From an uncultured Candidatus Rokubacteria bacterium (GTDB lineage Bacteria; Methylomirabilota; Methylomirabilia; Rokubacteriales; DASRDR01), in the NCBI GenBank assembly GCA_963805625.1, contig CAWDVE010000013.1:96001-160000 (forward strand): a stretch of DNA of 64,000 bases. The letters run 5' to 3'. Positions 1-10,208 of this stretch are shown piece after piece. Position 1 is the stretch's first letter, and every line of letters starts with the position of its first letter. The notes under the pieces are model-generated. The model searched no databases, was not told where the DNA came from, and saw nothing but the letters and a program-made list of their open reading frames with translations. The position numbers were made by a program, and so were the translations under genes.

Positions 1-349
1 GCAGCCGCGTCACGCGGTGCTTGTCGAGCACTTCGGCCAGGTCCGTCTCGTAGAACGCATCGCAGGCGCGCTTGGGCACCACGAGGTCGCCTTCCTCTCG
101 CCGCAGCGACGGGAGGATCTTCCACCCCTCACGCCCGGGCTCGAACACGTCACCCGGAGGTCCGTCGTGCTGGATGAAGATGACGATCCCCCCTTCCCGG
201 CGGACCGCCCTCGCGAGGGCATTGATCCGCTCGACGACGCCCTCCGCATCGTGCCGGGGCGTGTCCGCCCCGAAGAGGCCGACCTGCATCTCGATCACGA
301 GGAGTGCCGCTCCGGTGAACGGCGAGGGCAGAGCACCGCGCTCGATCAT
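1..349 (-). CDS. Isochorismatase-family cysteine hydrolase, runs off the window edge
   Basis: Manual translation from ATG at 349 gives MIERGALPSPFTGAALLVIEMQVGLF...VIFIQH...LVVPKRACDAFYETDLAEVL, matching the family ALLVIDMQ and K..xSAF..T.L motifs. Confidence 0.8.
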   Translation of the reverse strand, partial: MIERGALPSPFTGAALLVIEMQVGLFGADTPRHDAEGVVERINALARAVRREGGIVIFIQHDGPPGDVFEPGREGWKILPSLRREEGDLVVPKRACDAFYETDLAEVLDKHRVTRL

Positions 350-356
350 GGCACGC

Positions 357-497
357 TCACTCCCCGATCAGCTGATCCGCCCGGGCCAGCACGGACGACG
401 GAATCCCAGTCCGAGGGCCTTCGCGGTCTTGGTTGATCACCAACTCGAACCGTGTCGCTTGCTGGATGGGCAGGTCCACCGGCTTCGCGCTCTCGTT
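357..497 (-). pseudogene. C-terminal remnant of an ABC_sub_bind-type substrate-binding protein
   Basis: Reads AKPVDLPIQQATRFELVIN/KTAKALGL/IPSSVLARADQLIGE* with two frameshifts. It matches the C-terminus of the intact gene at 35999-36970. Confidence 0.75.
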
Positions 498-1484
498 TCA
501 GAGGTAGACGCCGCGGAGCTGCGCGTCGGGGTAGCGACCACCCTTCGCCGCGCCCGAGGGCATGGCCTCGTCGAGCCGCCCGCGGTCGTCGGCAGACAGC
601 CGGACGCCCAGCGCGCCCAGGTTCTCCTCGAGATACGCGATCCGCTTGGTGCCGGGGATCGGGACGATGTCGTTCCCCTGGACGAGGAGCCACGCCAGGA
701 CGAGCTGGGACGGCGCCACACCCTTCTCCCGCGCGATCGCCTCGATCCGGCCGACGAGCCGGCGGTTGTGGTCGAAGTTCTCGCCCTGGAAGCGGGGGTG
801 CTGGCGCTTCCGGTCGTCCTCGGGAATCTCGGCCGCGGTCTGGATGCGGCCCGAGAGGAATCCCCGCCCCAGCGGCGAGTACGCCACGAACGTGATCCCG
901 AGTTCGCGGCAGGCCGCCAGCGCCTCCTCCGCCGGTTGCCGGTAGAGGAGCGAGTACTCGAGCTGAACCGCACTGATCGGATGGATGGCGTGCGCCCGCC
1001 GGATCGTGGCCGGGGCGGCCTCGGACAGACCGAGGCACCGCACCTTCCCCCGCTCGACCAGCCGGGCCATGGCACCCACCGTCTCCTCGATCGGCACCTT
1101 GGGGTCGACGCGGTGCTGGTAGTAGAGGTCGATCTCGTCGACGCCGAGGCGCCGGAGGCTCGCGTCGCAGGCCCGGAGGACGTAGTCCGGCCGACCGTCA
1201 ACTAGGTTGGCGCCGTCGGGGCTCCGCACCTGGCCGAACTTGGTGGCCAGGACCACGCCGGCCCGCCGGCCCCGGAGCGCGCGCCCGACCAGCTCCTCGT
1301 TGTGTCCCCACCCGTACATGTCGGCGGAGTCGAGCAGGGTAATTCCGAGATCGAGCGCGCGGTGGATCACGGCGATCGACTGCGCATCGTCGCCCTTCCC
1401 GTAGGTGCCGGACATCGACATGCAGCCGAGGCCCAGGGCCGACACCGTCAGCGTGCTGTGGCCGAGCTTTCGATGCTCCATCAC
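498..1484 (-). CDS. Aldo/keto reductase
   Basis: [29 protein letters not shown] and PIPGTKR motifs. Confidence 0.95.
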   Translation of the reverse strand: MMEHRKLGHSTLTVSALGLGCMSMSGTYGKGDDAQSIAVIHRALDLGITLLDSADMYGWGHNEELVGRALRGRRAGVVLATKFGQVRSPDGANLVDGRPDYVLRACDASLRRLGVDEIDLYYQHRVDPKVPIEETVGAMARLVERGKVRCLGLSEAAPATIRRAHAIHPISAVQLEYSLLYRQPAEEALAACRELGITFVAYSPLGRGFLSGRIQTAAEIPEDDRKRQHPRFQGENFDHNRRLVGRIEAIAREKGVAPSQLVLAWLLVQGNDIVPIPGTKRIAYLEENLGALGVRLSADDRGRLDEAMPSGAAKGGRYPDAQLRGVYL

Positions 1485-1563
1485 CTGCCCCGTCGTGCTG
1501 GCGCCGCGAGCCGGGGAATCGGATGGCCCATTGGACGGCCTTCAGCCTGTGAGCCCCGGGAGC

Positions 1564-1977
1564 TCACCCCTTGTCCGGCTCCGAGCCGCGATCGAGCCGG
1601 AGCGCCGCCGAGTTGATGCAGTAGCGGAGCCCGGTCGGCTGGGGCCCATCGTCGAAGACGTGGCCCAAATGCCCCTCGCACCGGGAGCAGAGCACCTCCG
1701 TCCGCGTCATGAAGAAGCTGCGGTCGGTGTGGGTCTCCACGGCGGCGCCGTCCACGGGCTCCCAGAAGCTCGGCCACCCCGTCCCCGAGTCGAACTTGGT
1801 GCCCGACGCGAAGAGGGGCGCGCCGCATCCCGCGCACTTGTAGACACCCTCGTCCTTCGCGTCATGGTACTCGCCGGTGAAGGCCCGCTCCGTTCCGTGT
1901 TTCCGCAGGACCCGGTACTGCTCCGGCGTCAGGTGCTTGCGCCACTCCTCGTCGCTTCGAACGACCTTGTCACTCAT
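1564..1977 (-). CDS. msrB: Peptide-methionine (R)-S-oxide reductase
   Basis: [33 protein letters not shown] and RYCINS motifs. True start is ATG at 1977 inside the long ORF. Confidence 0.97.
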   Translation of the reverse strand: MSDKVVRSDEEWRKHLTPEQYRVLRKHGTERAFTGEYHDAKDEGVYKCAGCGAPLFASGTKFDSGTGWPSFWEPVDGAAVETHTDRSFFMTRTEVLCSRCEGHLGHVFDDGPQPTGLRYCINSAALRLDRGSEPDKG

Positions 1978-2000
1978 CGAAGAGCCTCCTTGTGCGCGGC

Positions 2001-2744
2001 TCACAGCTCCGGTGTGCGCGTGTCGATCCGAAAGGCGGTGCCAACCGGCTCGACGGGCCCCACGGGCAGTCCCAGGTCCCGGCCGGGCCCGAGGTCGATC
2101 GCCAGCGGCCCCTCCTCCAGGTCCGGCGCGATCTCCGCCACGATCCGCATCGGAGACCCCGGCCACCGAAACACCAGCTCGCCTTCCGTCGAGTGGGCCA
2201 GGGTCCCGCCAAGCGCGCGCTCCCACTGGAGACGCGCCCGCACCACCGACCGCGCCCGCGTCCGGAGTCCGAGGACCCGAGCCTGGGGCGGCGGCGCCGC
2301 CGGGCCCGGCGGCACCTCCCGGGGTCGCCGGCCGTAGCGGCCGCCGGATTGACCCAGCTGGACGACGACGCCAAGGGCCTCCTTGGGATGGAGGTACGCC
2401 ACCAGCCAGTCGGAGTCCGTCTCGTCGCGCCCGACCAGCCGGTAGCCCTGGGCCTCGGCGCGGGCGGCAGCATCGGCGAGACTCGACACCTTGAAGGTCA
2501 CATGATGGAGCCCCGGTCCGCGCGCCGCGAGGAATCGGTGGAGGAAGCCGTCGACACCTGCCGGCTCGATCACCTCGATGCAGCCCCCGCCCTCGAAGCT
2601 CCACGCCGCCCACCGAAAGCCGCCGCCGGGCCCGCCCGAATGCGGAAGGCCCCCCAGCCGGCCGACGAGGACCTCGGTGGCGTCGGCCATCCGCTCCATC
2701 CCGATGGCGATGTGATCGAACTTCGTCCGCGACCCAATGTTCAT
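2001..2744 (-). CDS. VOC/glyoxalase family protein (methylmalonyl-CoA epimerase-like N-domain)
   Basis: [29 protein letters not shown] and [14 protein letters not shown] motifs. Confidence 0.8.
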   Translation of the reverse strand: MNIGSRTKFDHIAIGMERMADATEVLVGRLGGLPHSGGPGGGFRWAAWSFEGGGCIEVIEPAGVDGFLHRFLAARGPGLHHVTFKVSSLADAAARAEAQGYRLVGRDETDSDWLVAYLHPKEALGVVVQLGQSGGRYGRRPREVPPGPAAPPPQARVLGLRTRARSVVRARLQWERALGGTLAHSTEGELVFRWPGSPMRIVAEIAPDLEEGPLAIDLGPGRDLGLPVGPVEPVGTAFRIDTRTPEL

Positions 2745-2781
2745 TCGACCGTGTAGTGTACGCCATGCCACGTCGGCTATA

Positions 2782-3528
2782 GTGTTCGACGTGGCTCGCA
2801 CCCCCGCCGATCTCCGAGAGACCATCGAGCGCGCCATCGCCGAGACCGAGGAGCCGGTCACCCGGACCGAGCCGGTCCCGACCGAGTCCGTGAGGCTCGT
2901 CGCGGAGCCGGTGATCCTGGTCACCGGGTACGAGCCGTTCGGGATCCACGCAGTCAATCCATCGCAGGAGGTGGCGAAGATCCTGGATGGCCGGCGGATC
3001 GGAAATTGCGCCGTCGCGAGCGCGATCCTGCCGGTCCATCACCTCGAGGCCTCGCGCCACGTGTCCGTCCTCCTCGAGGAGATGGCGCCCGTGGCCGTCG
3101 TCCACCTGGGCCTGGCCGAGGGCCGGGCACGACTGGCTCTCGAGCGGGCCGCCCTCAACGTGATGGACTACCGCATCGCCGACAACGCCGGATACCGGGC
3201 CGAGGGCGAGCCCTGCGTCCCCGAGGGGCCCGCCGCGTACTTCGCCACGCTCCCGTTGCCCGAGATCCTTGCCGCTCTGGCGGCGGAGGGCATCCCCGCC
3301 TACGTGTCGAACACCGCCGGGACGTTTCTCTGCAACCAGACCTTCTACGGAACGCTCCACGAGATCGCGATGCGCGAGCTGACCGCCCGGGCGGGGTTCA
3401 TCCACCTCCCGCTCCTCCCCGCCATGGTCGCTGCCAGCGGGACCGATCAGCCGAGCATGGACCTCCCGCTCATGCTCCGCGGCGTCGAGACGGTGCTGCG
3501 GATCGTTGCCGAGACCGTCGCCCCGTAA
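2782..3528 (+). CDS. pcp: Pyroglutamyl-peptidase I
   Basis: [31 protein letters not shown] and GFIHLP give the E-C-H triad. Start is uncertain. Confidence 0.92.
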   Translation: MFDVARTPADLRETIERAIAETEEPVTRTEPVPTESVRLVAEPVILVTGYEPFGIHAVNPSQEVAKILDGRRIGNCAVASAILPVHHLEASRHVSVLLEEMAPVAVVHLGLAEGRARLALERAALNVMDYRIADNAGYRAEGEPCVPEGPAAYFATLPLPEILAALAAEGIPAYVSNTAGTFLCNQTFYGTLHEIAMRELTARAGFIHLPLLPAMVAASGTDQPSMDLPLMLRGVETVLRIVAETVAP

Positions 3529-3553
3529 CGGTGACCGTGAGAGGAGCTCGCCC

Positions 3554-4264
3554 GTGACGACAGGGCTCCGGAAGGGCCGGGCGCTCGCCATCCTCTGGGC
3601 CGAGGTGCCGGCGGCTCGCCGCGCGGACCTCGAGGCCTGGGCGGCGAGCGAGCCCCTCGCGCCCACCGATCCCGCGGTAGGGGTGCTGGCCGTCGGGCGC
3701 TATGCCGGCATCTCGGGCGCGCCGGCCTTCCTGGAGATCCACGAGCTCCTGAGCGACGACGCGACGGTGGTGGCCGCCAGCGGGGGCCTCATGTCGGCAA
3801 CACTTCGCGCGCTCGAGCGCCTCGGCGCCACGATCTTCCCGGGCGGCGCCCCCGCCGAGCCCGGCGGGTCGCGCCCGGGCTCCGTCGGTCCCGCCGGCGT
3901 CTACGGCCAGATCTTCCCGCCCGGGATCGACGAGCGGGCGGCCGTGCATGGGCTGCCGCCGGCGCTCCAGATCGGGCGGATCGACATCCCGCCCGCGCAT
4001 GAGGACGAGTTCAACGAGTGGTACAACACCGAGTACCTGATCGGCAACATGACGGTGAACGGGGTCTACTCGGCGCGCCGCTATCTGAACCGCGGGACCG
4101 GGCCCCGCTACCTCACCGTCTACGAGTTCGCCCACCCCGAGGTGAGCCGGCAGCCGGCCTGGGACCGCGCGCGCGCCCAGTCAGTCTGGCGGCGCCGGAT
4201 CGAGCGCCTCTGGGCCCACGCCCCCGGCTCGCCCGGTATCTACCGTCGTCTGACCGCGCGCTGA
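3554..4264 (+). CDS. DUF4286/EthD-like dimeric alpha-beta barrel protein
   Basis: C-half reads [17 protein letters not shown]...SARRY...YLTVYE. GAGGAG RBS precedes GTG at 3554. Confidence 0.65.
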   Translation: MTTGLRKGRALAILWAEVPAARRADLEAWAASEPLAPTDPAVGVLAVGRYAGISGAPAFLEIHELLSDDATVVAASGGLMSATLRALERLGATIFPGGAPAEPGGSRPGSVGPAGVYGQIFPPGIDERAAVHGLPPALQIGRIDIPPAHEDEFNEWYNTEYLIGNMTVNGVYSARRYLNRGTGPRYLTVYEFAHPEVSRQPAWDRARAQSVWRRRIERLWAHAPGSPGIYRRLTAR

Positions 4265-4292
4265 TTGGCCGAACGGCGCGGCTGGAGCTCAC

Positions 4293-5378
4293 GTGACGAT
4301 CGCGGCCGTCGAGGTGGGTCACTACCGCGTCCCGCTTCCGGTCGTGCTCTCCGACTCGACGCACGGAGAGATCGCGTACTTCGACTTGGTGACGGCGCGC
4401 GTCCGCACGGCCGACGGCGGGGAGGGTCTCGGCTACACCTACACGGTCGGCGCCGGGGCCGCGGCCATCCGGGCGCTCCTCGGTGACCTCGTGCCGCTCC
4501 TTCTCAGCCAGGACGCCGAGCGGATCGAGGCGCTCTGGCAGCGGACGTGGTGGGGCTGCCACTACGTGGGACGGGGTGGCCTCGCCGCCTTCGCGATCTC
4601 GGCGGTGGACATCGCCCTCTGGGATCTCCGCGCGCGCCGCCGCGGACTCCCGCTCTGGAGGCTCCTCGGCGGCCACCATCCGCGAGTGAAGGCTTATGCC
4701 GGCGGGATCGATCTCCAGTTCCCGCTCGATCGGCTCCTTCGCCAGACCGACGAGAAGGTCGGCCGAGGCTTCCGCGCGATCAAGATGAAGGTGGGCCGCC
4801 CTCGCCTCCGCGAGGACGTCGAGCGCGTCAGCGCGATGCGGGAGCATCTGGGTCCCGATGTCCCTCTGATGGTCGACGCCAACATGCGCTGGACGGCGGA
4901 CGAGGCGATTCGCGCCGCCCGCGCGCTCGGCGCCCACGACGTCTTCTGGCTGGAGGAGCCGACGATCCCGGACGACGTTCCCGGGCACGTGCGAATCGTA
5001 CGCGAGGGCAGGCTCCCCGTCGCCGCGGGCGAGAACCTCCGGACGATCCACGAGTTCAAGCGTCTGATCGACGCCGGCGGCGTGACGTTCCCCGAGCCCG
5101 ACGTCTCGAACGTGGGCGGCGTCACGGCCTGGATCAAGGTGGCGCACGTCGCCGAGGCGCACAACCTGCCGGTCACCTCCCACGGCGTTCACGATCTCCA
5201 CGTCCACCTTCTGGCCGCGGTGCCGAACGCCTCGTATCTCGAGGTCCACGGCTTCGGGCTCGAGCGGTTCATCGCGCATCCCCTCGAGATCCGGGACGGC
5301 GAGGCGATCGCCCCCGACCGCCCGGGTCACGGGGTGGAATTCGACTGGGAGGGCCTCGAAGGCCTCCGGGTCACCTGA
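4293..5378 (+). CDS. Mandelate racemase/muconate lactonizing enzyme family (probable acid-sugar dehydratase)
   Basis: AVDIALWDL, KMK, metal ligands in VDAN/LEEP/GEN, and a D..H dyad. Confidence 0.92.
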   Translation: MTIAAVEVGHYRVPLPVVLSDSTHGEIAYFDLVTARVRTADGGEGLGYTYTVGAGAAAIRALLGDLVPLLLSQDAERIEALWQRTWWGCHYVGRGGLAAFAISAVDIALWDLRARRRGLPLWRLLGGHHPRVKAYAGGIDLQFPLDRLLRQTDEKVGRGFRAIKMKVGRPRLREDVERVSAMREHLGPDVPLMVDANMRWTADEAIRAARALGAHDVFWLEEPTIPDDVPGHVRIVREGRLPVAAGENLRTIHEFKRLIDAGGVTFPEPDVSNVGGVTAWIKVAHVAEAHNLPVTSHGVHDLHVHLLAAVPNASYLEVHGFGLERFIAHPLEIRDGEAIAPDRPGHGVEFDWEGLEGLRVT

Positions 5379-5451
5379 TCGAGTCGCATTCCGCTCCAAG
5401 CCGAACCGACGACTCCTACGGCCTGTACGATCGAGTCATAATGTGATACTT

Positions 5452-5477
5452 CACGGTAACTTATACATCATACCGTG
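5452..5477. promoter_or_regulatory. AT-rich inverted repeat, candidate operator
   Basis: CACGGTA-N12-TACCGTG lies in an AT-rich patch upstream of the amidohydrolase gene. Confidence 0.4.
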
Positions 5478-6458
5478 CGAGGCACCTGGACCGTGTTGAT
5501 CGACTCGGACGACCTGCCCATCGTCGACGCTCACCAGCACTTCTGGAATCTGTCGCTCGGCAAGCACCCCTGGCTCCGGGACGAGCCGCCTCCGCCCTTC
5601 CGCTACGGCGACACGCGGCCGCTCCGGCGCGACTACCTGCCTGCCGACTACCGGGCCGACATACGGGGCCATCGGGTCGTCGGCACGGTCTACGTGGAAA
5701 CCGAGTGGGATCCGGCGGACCCCGTCGCCGAGACGCGTTGGGTGGAGAAGCTGGCGGCCAAGGAGGGGCTCCCGAGTGCCGTGGTCGCCCAGGCGCGGCT
5801 CGACGGGGCCGACGGCGAGGAGATCCTCGCCCGCCAGGCCGCTTGCCCGTTCGTGCGCGGCATCCGTCACAAGCCTCGGGCCGCGCCATCGCCCGACGCG
5901 GTCGTCCCAGGTGCCCCGGGCTCGATGGGCGACCCACGCTGGCGCGTGGGATACGCGCGACTCGCGCGCCACGGTCTCTCCTTCGATCTCCAAACCCCTT
6001 GGTGGCACCTGCGTGAGGCGACGGCGCTGGCCCGCGCGTTCCCCGACACCCTCATCATCCTGAACCACACGGGCCTGCCGGCCGACCGCAGCCCGGAGGG
6101 CCTGCTCGGCTGGCGAGAGGCGATGGCAACGCTCGCCGCCCAGCCGAACGTCGCCGTCAAGATCTCCGGGCTCGGCGTGCCCGGGCGGCCCTGGACCGCA
6201 GAGTCGAACCGCGAGGTGGTCCTGCGAACCATCGATCTCTTCGGCGTCGGCCGCGCGATGTTCGCGTCGAACTTCCCTGTGGATCGCCTCGTCGCGAGCT
6301 TCGACACGATCTACGCAGGCTTCAAGGCGATCGTCCGCGACTTTCCCCTGTCCGACCGGCGCCGCCTCTTCCACGACAACGCCGTACGGCTCTACCGGTT
6401 GCTGCCCCCCCGCCCCTCGGCGCCAGCCGGCGATGCGCGTCAGCGCTCGGGGGCGTAG
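5475..6458 (+). CDS. Amidohydrolase family 2 protein (lactonase-like)
   Basis: IVDAHQHFW, VRGIR, ILNHTG, VKISG and MFASNFP motifs. Start may be at 5493 or 5496. Confidence 0.9.
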   Translation: MRGTWTVLIDSDDLPIVDAHQHFWNLSLGKHPWLRDEPPPPFRYGDTRPLRRDYLPADYRADIRGHRVVGTVYVETEWDPADPVAETRWVEKLAAKEGLPSAVVAQARLDGADGEEILARQAACPFVRGIRHKPRAAPSPDAVVPGAPGSMGDPRWRVGYARLARHGLSFDLQTPWWHLREATALARAFPDTLIILNHTGLPADRSPEGLLGWREAMATLAAQPNVAVKISGLGVPGRPWTAESNREVVLRTIDLFGVGRAMFASNFPVDRLVASFDTIYAGFKAIVRDFPLSDRRRLFHDNAVRLYRLLPPRPSAPAGDARQRSGA

Positions 6459-8293
6459 ACGCGAACGGGCGTCCATCGCCAACGTTCGACGAAAGTCCAG
6501 CCGCGCCAGGCGAGCGGGCCGTCAGGATCGCGCCCGACGACGAGCACCGCGCACGGGCGGTCCTCGAACGACCGCGCGAGCCGCCCGGAAGCGTTCTCCA
6601 CCAGCACGTGCTCCAGCCGTACCGCCTCGCCGATCCGCGTCCGGAGCAGCGGCCAGAACGGGTACTCAAAACCGTCCCAGTCGAGGACCAGGCCCACTCG
6701 CCCGCATCGCATGTCACGCACGACATCCACCGCAGCTCCGTAGACGGGGTAGAGCTTGGGGTGGTTTCGGAACCGCTGAGCCTCTCGCGGCAGCGTGAGC
6801 ACGCTACCAGGACCGACGAGAGCGCGGGGCCACGTCACGCCGAGGCTCGGCAGGGCGACCAGGCAGAAGACTGTGGCCCACGTTGCGGCGAGACGGCGGC
6901 GGCCCTCGAACGCAATGCCGATCAGAGGGCTCGCCAGAACGAACAGGGGAAGGTGCAGCCGGCTGTTCCACGGTTGCCACTTCAGGGCGACCGCGAACGC
7001 GATCGCGCTCGCCACGCTCAGAAAAGCCCAGCCGCGCACCGGTATGGGGAACGCCTCGCGACGACGCCAGATGATCACGACGGCTACGAGAGCCGCCAGG
7101 AACTGGAGCGGGTTGCCAACGAAGTCCTCGTGGAGGATGACGGGCCCGACCTGGAACCGTGGGAATGGGCCGCCGAGGGTGGTCCGGCTGTCGTTCGGGT
7201 CGAAGCCCATCACCCGATGGATGCCGACGATGGCGTACTCGACCCAACCGTTCACACGCTCTGAGGGCCCAGCCAAATGAAGCGTCGCGTTGCGCAGGAC
7301 ATTCGACACAACCGCGCGAGGGTCAAGCGTCCTGTTGACGTACGTGGTCCAGATGGGCGGCAGCTGGTCGGGACTGCCCGCTACACGGGTGGGCACGGCC
7401 GACGCGTCACCCACCAACGGCAATGTCCGGCTGATGTGCCCCGCGTTCAGCGTCACGACGCTCAGGACCACCGCCAGCACGGAGTGCAAGGCCCGTCGGC
7501 GACCGAGCGGGAGGGCGATTGCCACGAAGGCGATGAGCCACGGGACCGCAAGAAACGACGCCGGAAGCTTCGTCAGCGCTGCGAGCCCAACGCTGCTCCC
7601 GACCAGGGTCGCCGTGCCCACCCCTGGCGCCGCGCGGAACCGCAGCACCCAGTAGCCGAGTGAGAGGAGCCAGAAGCTCGCGACAAGGTCGTTCTGGGTG
7701 CTGCTCGCCTGGGCGATGGCCATTGGAAGAGTCGCGCAGGCCACCGCCGCCAGCCCGCGCGCCCGTCGGGCGCCGCCGAGCTCGCCGGCTACGATGGCGG
7801 AGCCTACTGCGCAGCCGGCGAACACCAGCCACTGCACGAGGTTCGCCAGGCGGTCGCCGCCAGTCAGGAGATACAGGTGCATGATCGCGAACTCGGCCCA
7901 GGGCCCCGACCAGAGCTGACGCAGGATGTGCGTCGGGTAGTGAGCGACCGATCCGTTCTGGCTCCAGTGTGCGACCCGGGGCATGTGATACGTCATCGAG
8001 TCCCAGTTGTTCGGCGGCGCCAGCATCGCGATGACTCCGGTCACCACGAGGATCGCTCCGACCGCCCACGTCGCCCCTCGAGGCATCGGCCCCGCACGCG
8101 CGGCCGGCTCGCGGGGACGGAGTCCGCGGAAGGCCCATACCCCGATCCCGACCGCGAAGGCCCAGCTCGCGGCGAGCCATGCCGGCGTGAGGTGATGCCA
8201 GAGGCTCAGACCTTCGGTGATCAGCGTCAACGCCACGCCGAACGCCGCGGCGCCAAGGAAAAGCCCGTGGCCGGCCATCGTCTTGTGACCCAT
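6440..8293 (-). CDS. Polytopic membrane glycosyltransferase (GT-C, GT39/PMT-like)
   Basis: PPNNWDSMTYHMPRV, QASSTQND, LAALTK and WQPWNSRLHLP motifs with many hydrophobic segments. Start is approximate. Confidence 0.78.
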   Translation of the reverse strand: MGHKTMAGHGLFLGAAAFGVALTLITEGLSLWHHLTPAWLAASWAFAVGIGVWAFRGLRPREPAARAGPMPRGATWAVGAILVVTGVIAMLAPPNNWDSMTYHMPRVAHWSQNGSVAHYPTHILRQLWSGPWAEFAIMHLYLLTGGDRLANLVQWLVFAGCAVGSAIVAGELGGARRARGLAAVACATLPMAIAQASSTQNDLVASFWLLSLGYWVLRFRAAPGVGTATLVGSSVGLAALTKLPASFLAVPWLIAFVAIALPLGRRRALHSVLAVVLSVVTLNAGHISRTLPLVGDASAVPTRVAGSPDQLPPIWTTYVNRTLDPRAVVSNVLRNATLHLAGPSERVNGWVEYAIVGIHRVMGFDPNDSRTTLGGPFPRFQVGPVILHEDFVGNPLQFLAALVAVVIIWRRREAFPIPVRGWAFLSVASAIAFAVALKWQPWNSRLHLPLFVLASPLIGIAFEGRRRLAATWATVFCLVALPSLGVTWPRALVGPGSVLTLPREAQRFRNHPKLYPVYGAAVDVVRDMRCGRVGLVLDWDGFEYPFWPLLRTRIGEAVRLEHVLVENASGRLARSFEDRPCAVLVVGRDPDGPLAWRGWTFVERWRWTPVRVYAPER

Positions 8294-8545
8294 GCGCGCT
8301 CTGCCCGAGGGCTCCGGGACGTCCCAATCTAGCGCATGCGCGACCCGAGATCGCCGCGCCCGGAGGGCCGGAGAGCCGGCCGACCATTGCCGCTGACCGC
8401 GCGTCAGCCATTGGAGCCTCGCGTCGGCGAAAGCCCATTGACACCCGGGGCGGCGCCGGGAAACGATTGGGGCGACCAGTCCATGTGCGGCGGCGGTCGC
8501 GCGGGCAGGGTCACGGACGAGACGTCCACCTGAGGAGACCGAGCC

Positions 8546-10147
8546 ATGAGCGCTCCGAAATGGTCTGGTTTCGGCCTGAACGTTCCAGGCACATCCCGCC
8601 GCAGCTTCCTGCGCTGGTGCGCGGCCGCGTCCGGGGCACTGACGACCGTCGCGACGCGAGGGCTCCGAGGGGCGCCCGAAGCGCTCGCCCAGGCCGCTCC
8701 CAAGCGGGGCGGGACTCTCCGGGTCGGCTTCTACATCGAGGCCGCCACCATGGATCCCCACCTGTCCGGCAGCAAGATCGACCGGCAGGTCTACCACAAC
8801 CTCTACGATCCGCTCCTGGTCCTGGACGAGAAGCTCGGACTCCGCCCCGGCCTGGCGGAGTCCTGGACCCAGCCAGATTCGAAGACGCTTGTCTTCAAGC
8901 TCCAGCGGGGCGTGAAATTCCACGACGGCACCGAATTCAACGCCGAGGCCGCCAAGTTCAACTTCAACCGGATGAAGACGGACCCGAAGTCGGTCCGGAA
9001 GGGAGAGACGGCCAACATCGAGTCGGTGGACGTGGTGGACTCCCACACCATCCGGCTCAACCTCCGAAGGCCCGACGCCTCAATTCTGGCGGCGCTCACG
9101 GACAGGGCGGGGATGATGGTGTCCCCGAAGGTGGTCCAGGAGCGGGGCCCGGACCTCGAGCGGAACGCGCGGGGCGCCGGCACGGGACCCTTCGAGTTCG
9201 TGGAGTGGGTGAAGGACGATCACATCACGCTGAAGCGGAACGACAACTACTGGAACAAGCAGGCGGGCCCCTATCTCGACCAGATCCGCTACCGCCCCAT
9301 CCCGGACGACACCGTCAAGCTGGCGAGCCTCCAGTCGGGTGAGATCGAGGTGATGGACTACGTGCAGCCGCGCGACGTGGCGGCGGTCAAGGCCGACAAG
9401 AACGTGGCCGTCGTGGACGTGCCGTCACTCGCCTCGTTCGGCTACATGCTCAATCACACGAAGCCGCCCTTCAACAACAAGGCCCTGCGCCAGGCGGTAG
9501 CCTACGCGCTGGACATCGACCAGATCGTCAAGGCGGTCTGGCTCGGCGTCGGCGTCCCGTCGAACGGGCCGATCCCGCCCTCGAGCTGGGCGTACGACAG
9601 CAGCATTCCCGCGACGAAGCGCGACCTGGCGAAGGCGAAGGCCAAGCTCGCCGAGGGCGGCCAGCCGGGGGGGTTCACGTTCAGCGTCACGACGAACAAC
9701 ATCCCGATCAACGTGCAAGAAGCCGAGGTGATGCAGGCGCAGCTCGCCGAGGCGGGCATCACCATGAAGATCAAGCTCGTCGATTCCGCCGCGCTCCTGT
9801 CGGACGGCAACAACAAGAACTTCGACATGATCAACTACCAGTGGAGCGGCCGGCCGGATCCCGACGGCAACACGTTCCAGTTCTTCAAGACCGCGCCGGG
9901 CATCTCGCTCAACTGGTCCGGGATCTCCAATCCGCGGATCGACGCGCTGCTCGACCGGAGCCGCGAGGTGTCGGATCGGGCCGAGCGGAAGAAGATCTTC
10001 AGCGAGCTGACGCGGCTCCTGCACGAGGAGCTCCCGATGGTGTTCATCGTGCACCCGATCGAGCCGAAGGCCTTCAGCCCGCGGGTCCAGGGCTACGAGC
10101 CCATCCCCGACGGGATGATGCGGTTCAAGAGCGTCTGGCTGAAGTAG
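8546..10147 (+). CDS. ABC transporter substrate-binding protein, family 5, with Tat signal
   Basis: SRRSFL Tat motif, PGLAESW, GVKFHDG and GTGPFEF motifs. Confidence 0.95.
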   Translation: MSAPKWSGFGLNVPGTSRRSFLRWCAAASGALTTVATRGLRGAPEALAQAAPKRGGTLRVGFYIEAATMDPHLSGSKIDRQVYHNLYDPLLVLDEKLGLRPGLAESWTQPDSKTLVFKLQRGVKFHDGTEFNAEAAKFNFNRMKTDPKSVRKGETANIESVDVVDSHTIRLNLRRPDASILAALTDRAGMMVSPKVVQERGPDLERNARGAGTGPFEFVEWVKDDHITLKRNDNYWNKQAGPYLDQIRYRPIPDDTVKLASLQSGEIEVMDYVQPRDVAAVKADKNVAVVDVPSLASFGYMLNHTKPPFNNKALRQAVAYALDIDQIVKAVWLGVGVPSNGPIPPSSWAYDSSIPATKRDLAKAKAKLAEGGQPGGFTFSVTTNNIPINVQEAEVMQAQLAEAGITMKIKLVDSAALLSDGNNKNFDMINYQWSGRPDPDGNTFQFFKTAPGISLNWSGISNPRIDALLDRSREVSDRAERKKIFSELTRLLHEELPMVFIVHPIEPKAFSPRVQGYEPIPDGMMRFKSVWLK

Positions 10148-10208
10148 ACCGCATCGGTGACCGCCATCGGGTAAGCCCGGGCATGCCGGGCGCCTGAGAC
10201 TCACGCGC

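Noticed and set aside
1564-3666. Apparent 700-aa MsrB fusion
   Set aside because: Only the last 137 aa are MsrB, with their own RBS and ATG at 1977. The upstream part overlaps the VOC and pcp genes.
5442-5455. TGTGA-TACT-TCACG as a CRP site (and TTGA-AAAG-TCAA at 26912 as an FNR site)
   Set aside because: In both cases the half-site spacing is 2 bp shorter than canonical CRP/FNR boxes.
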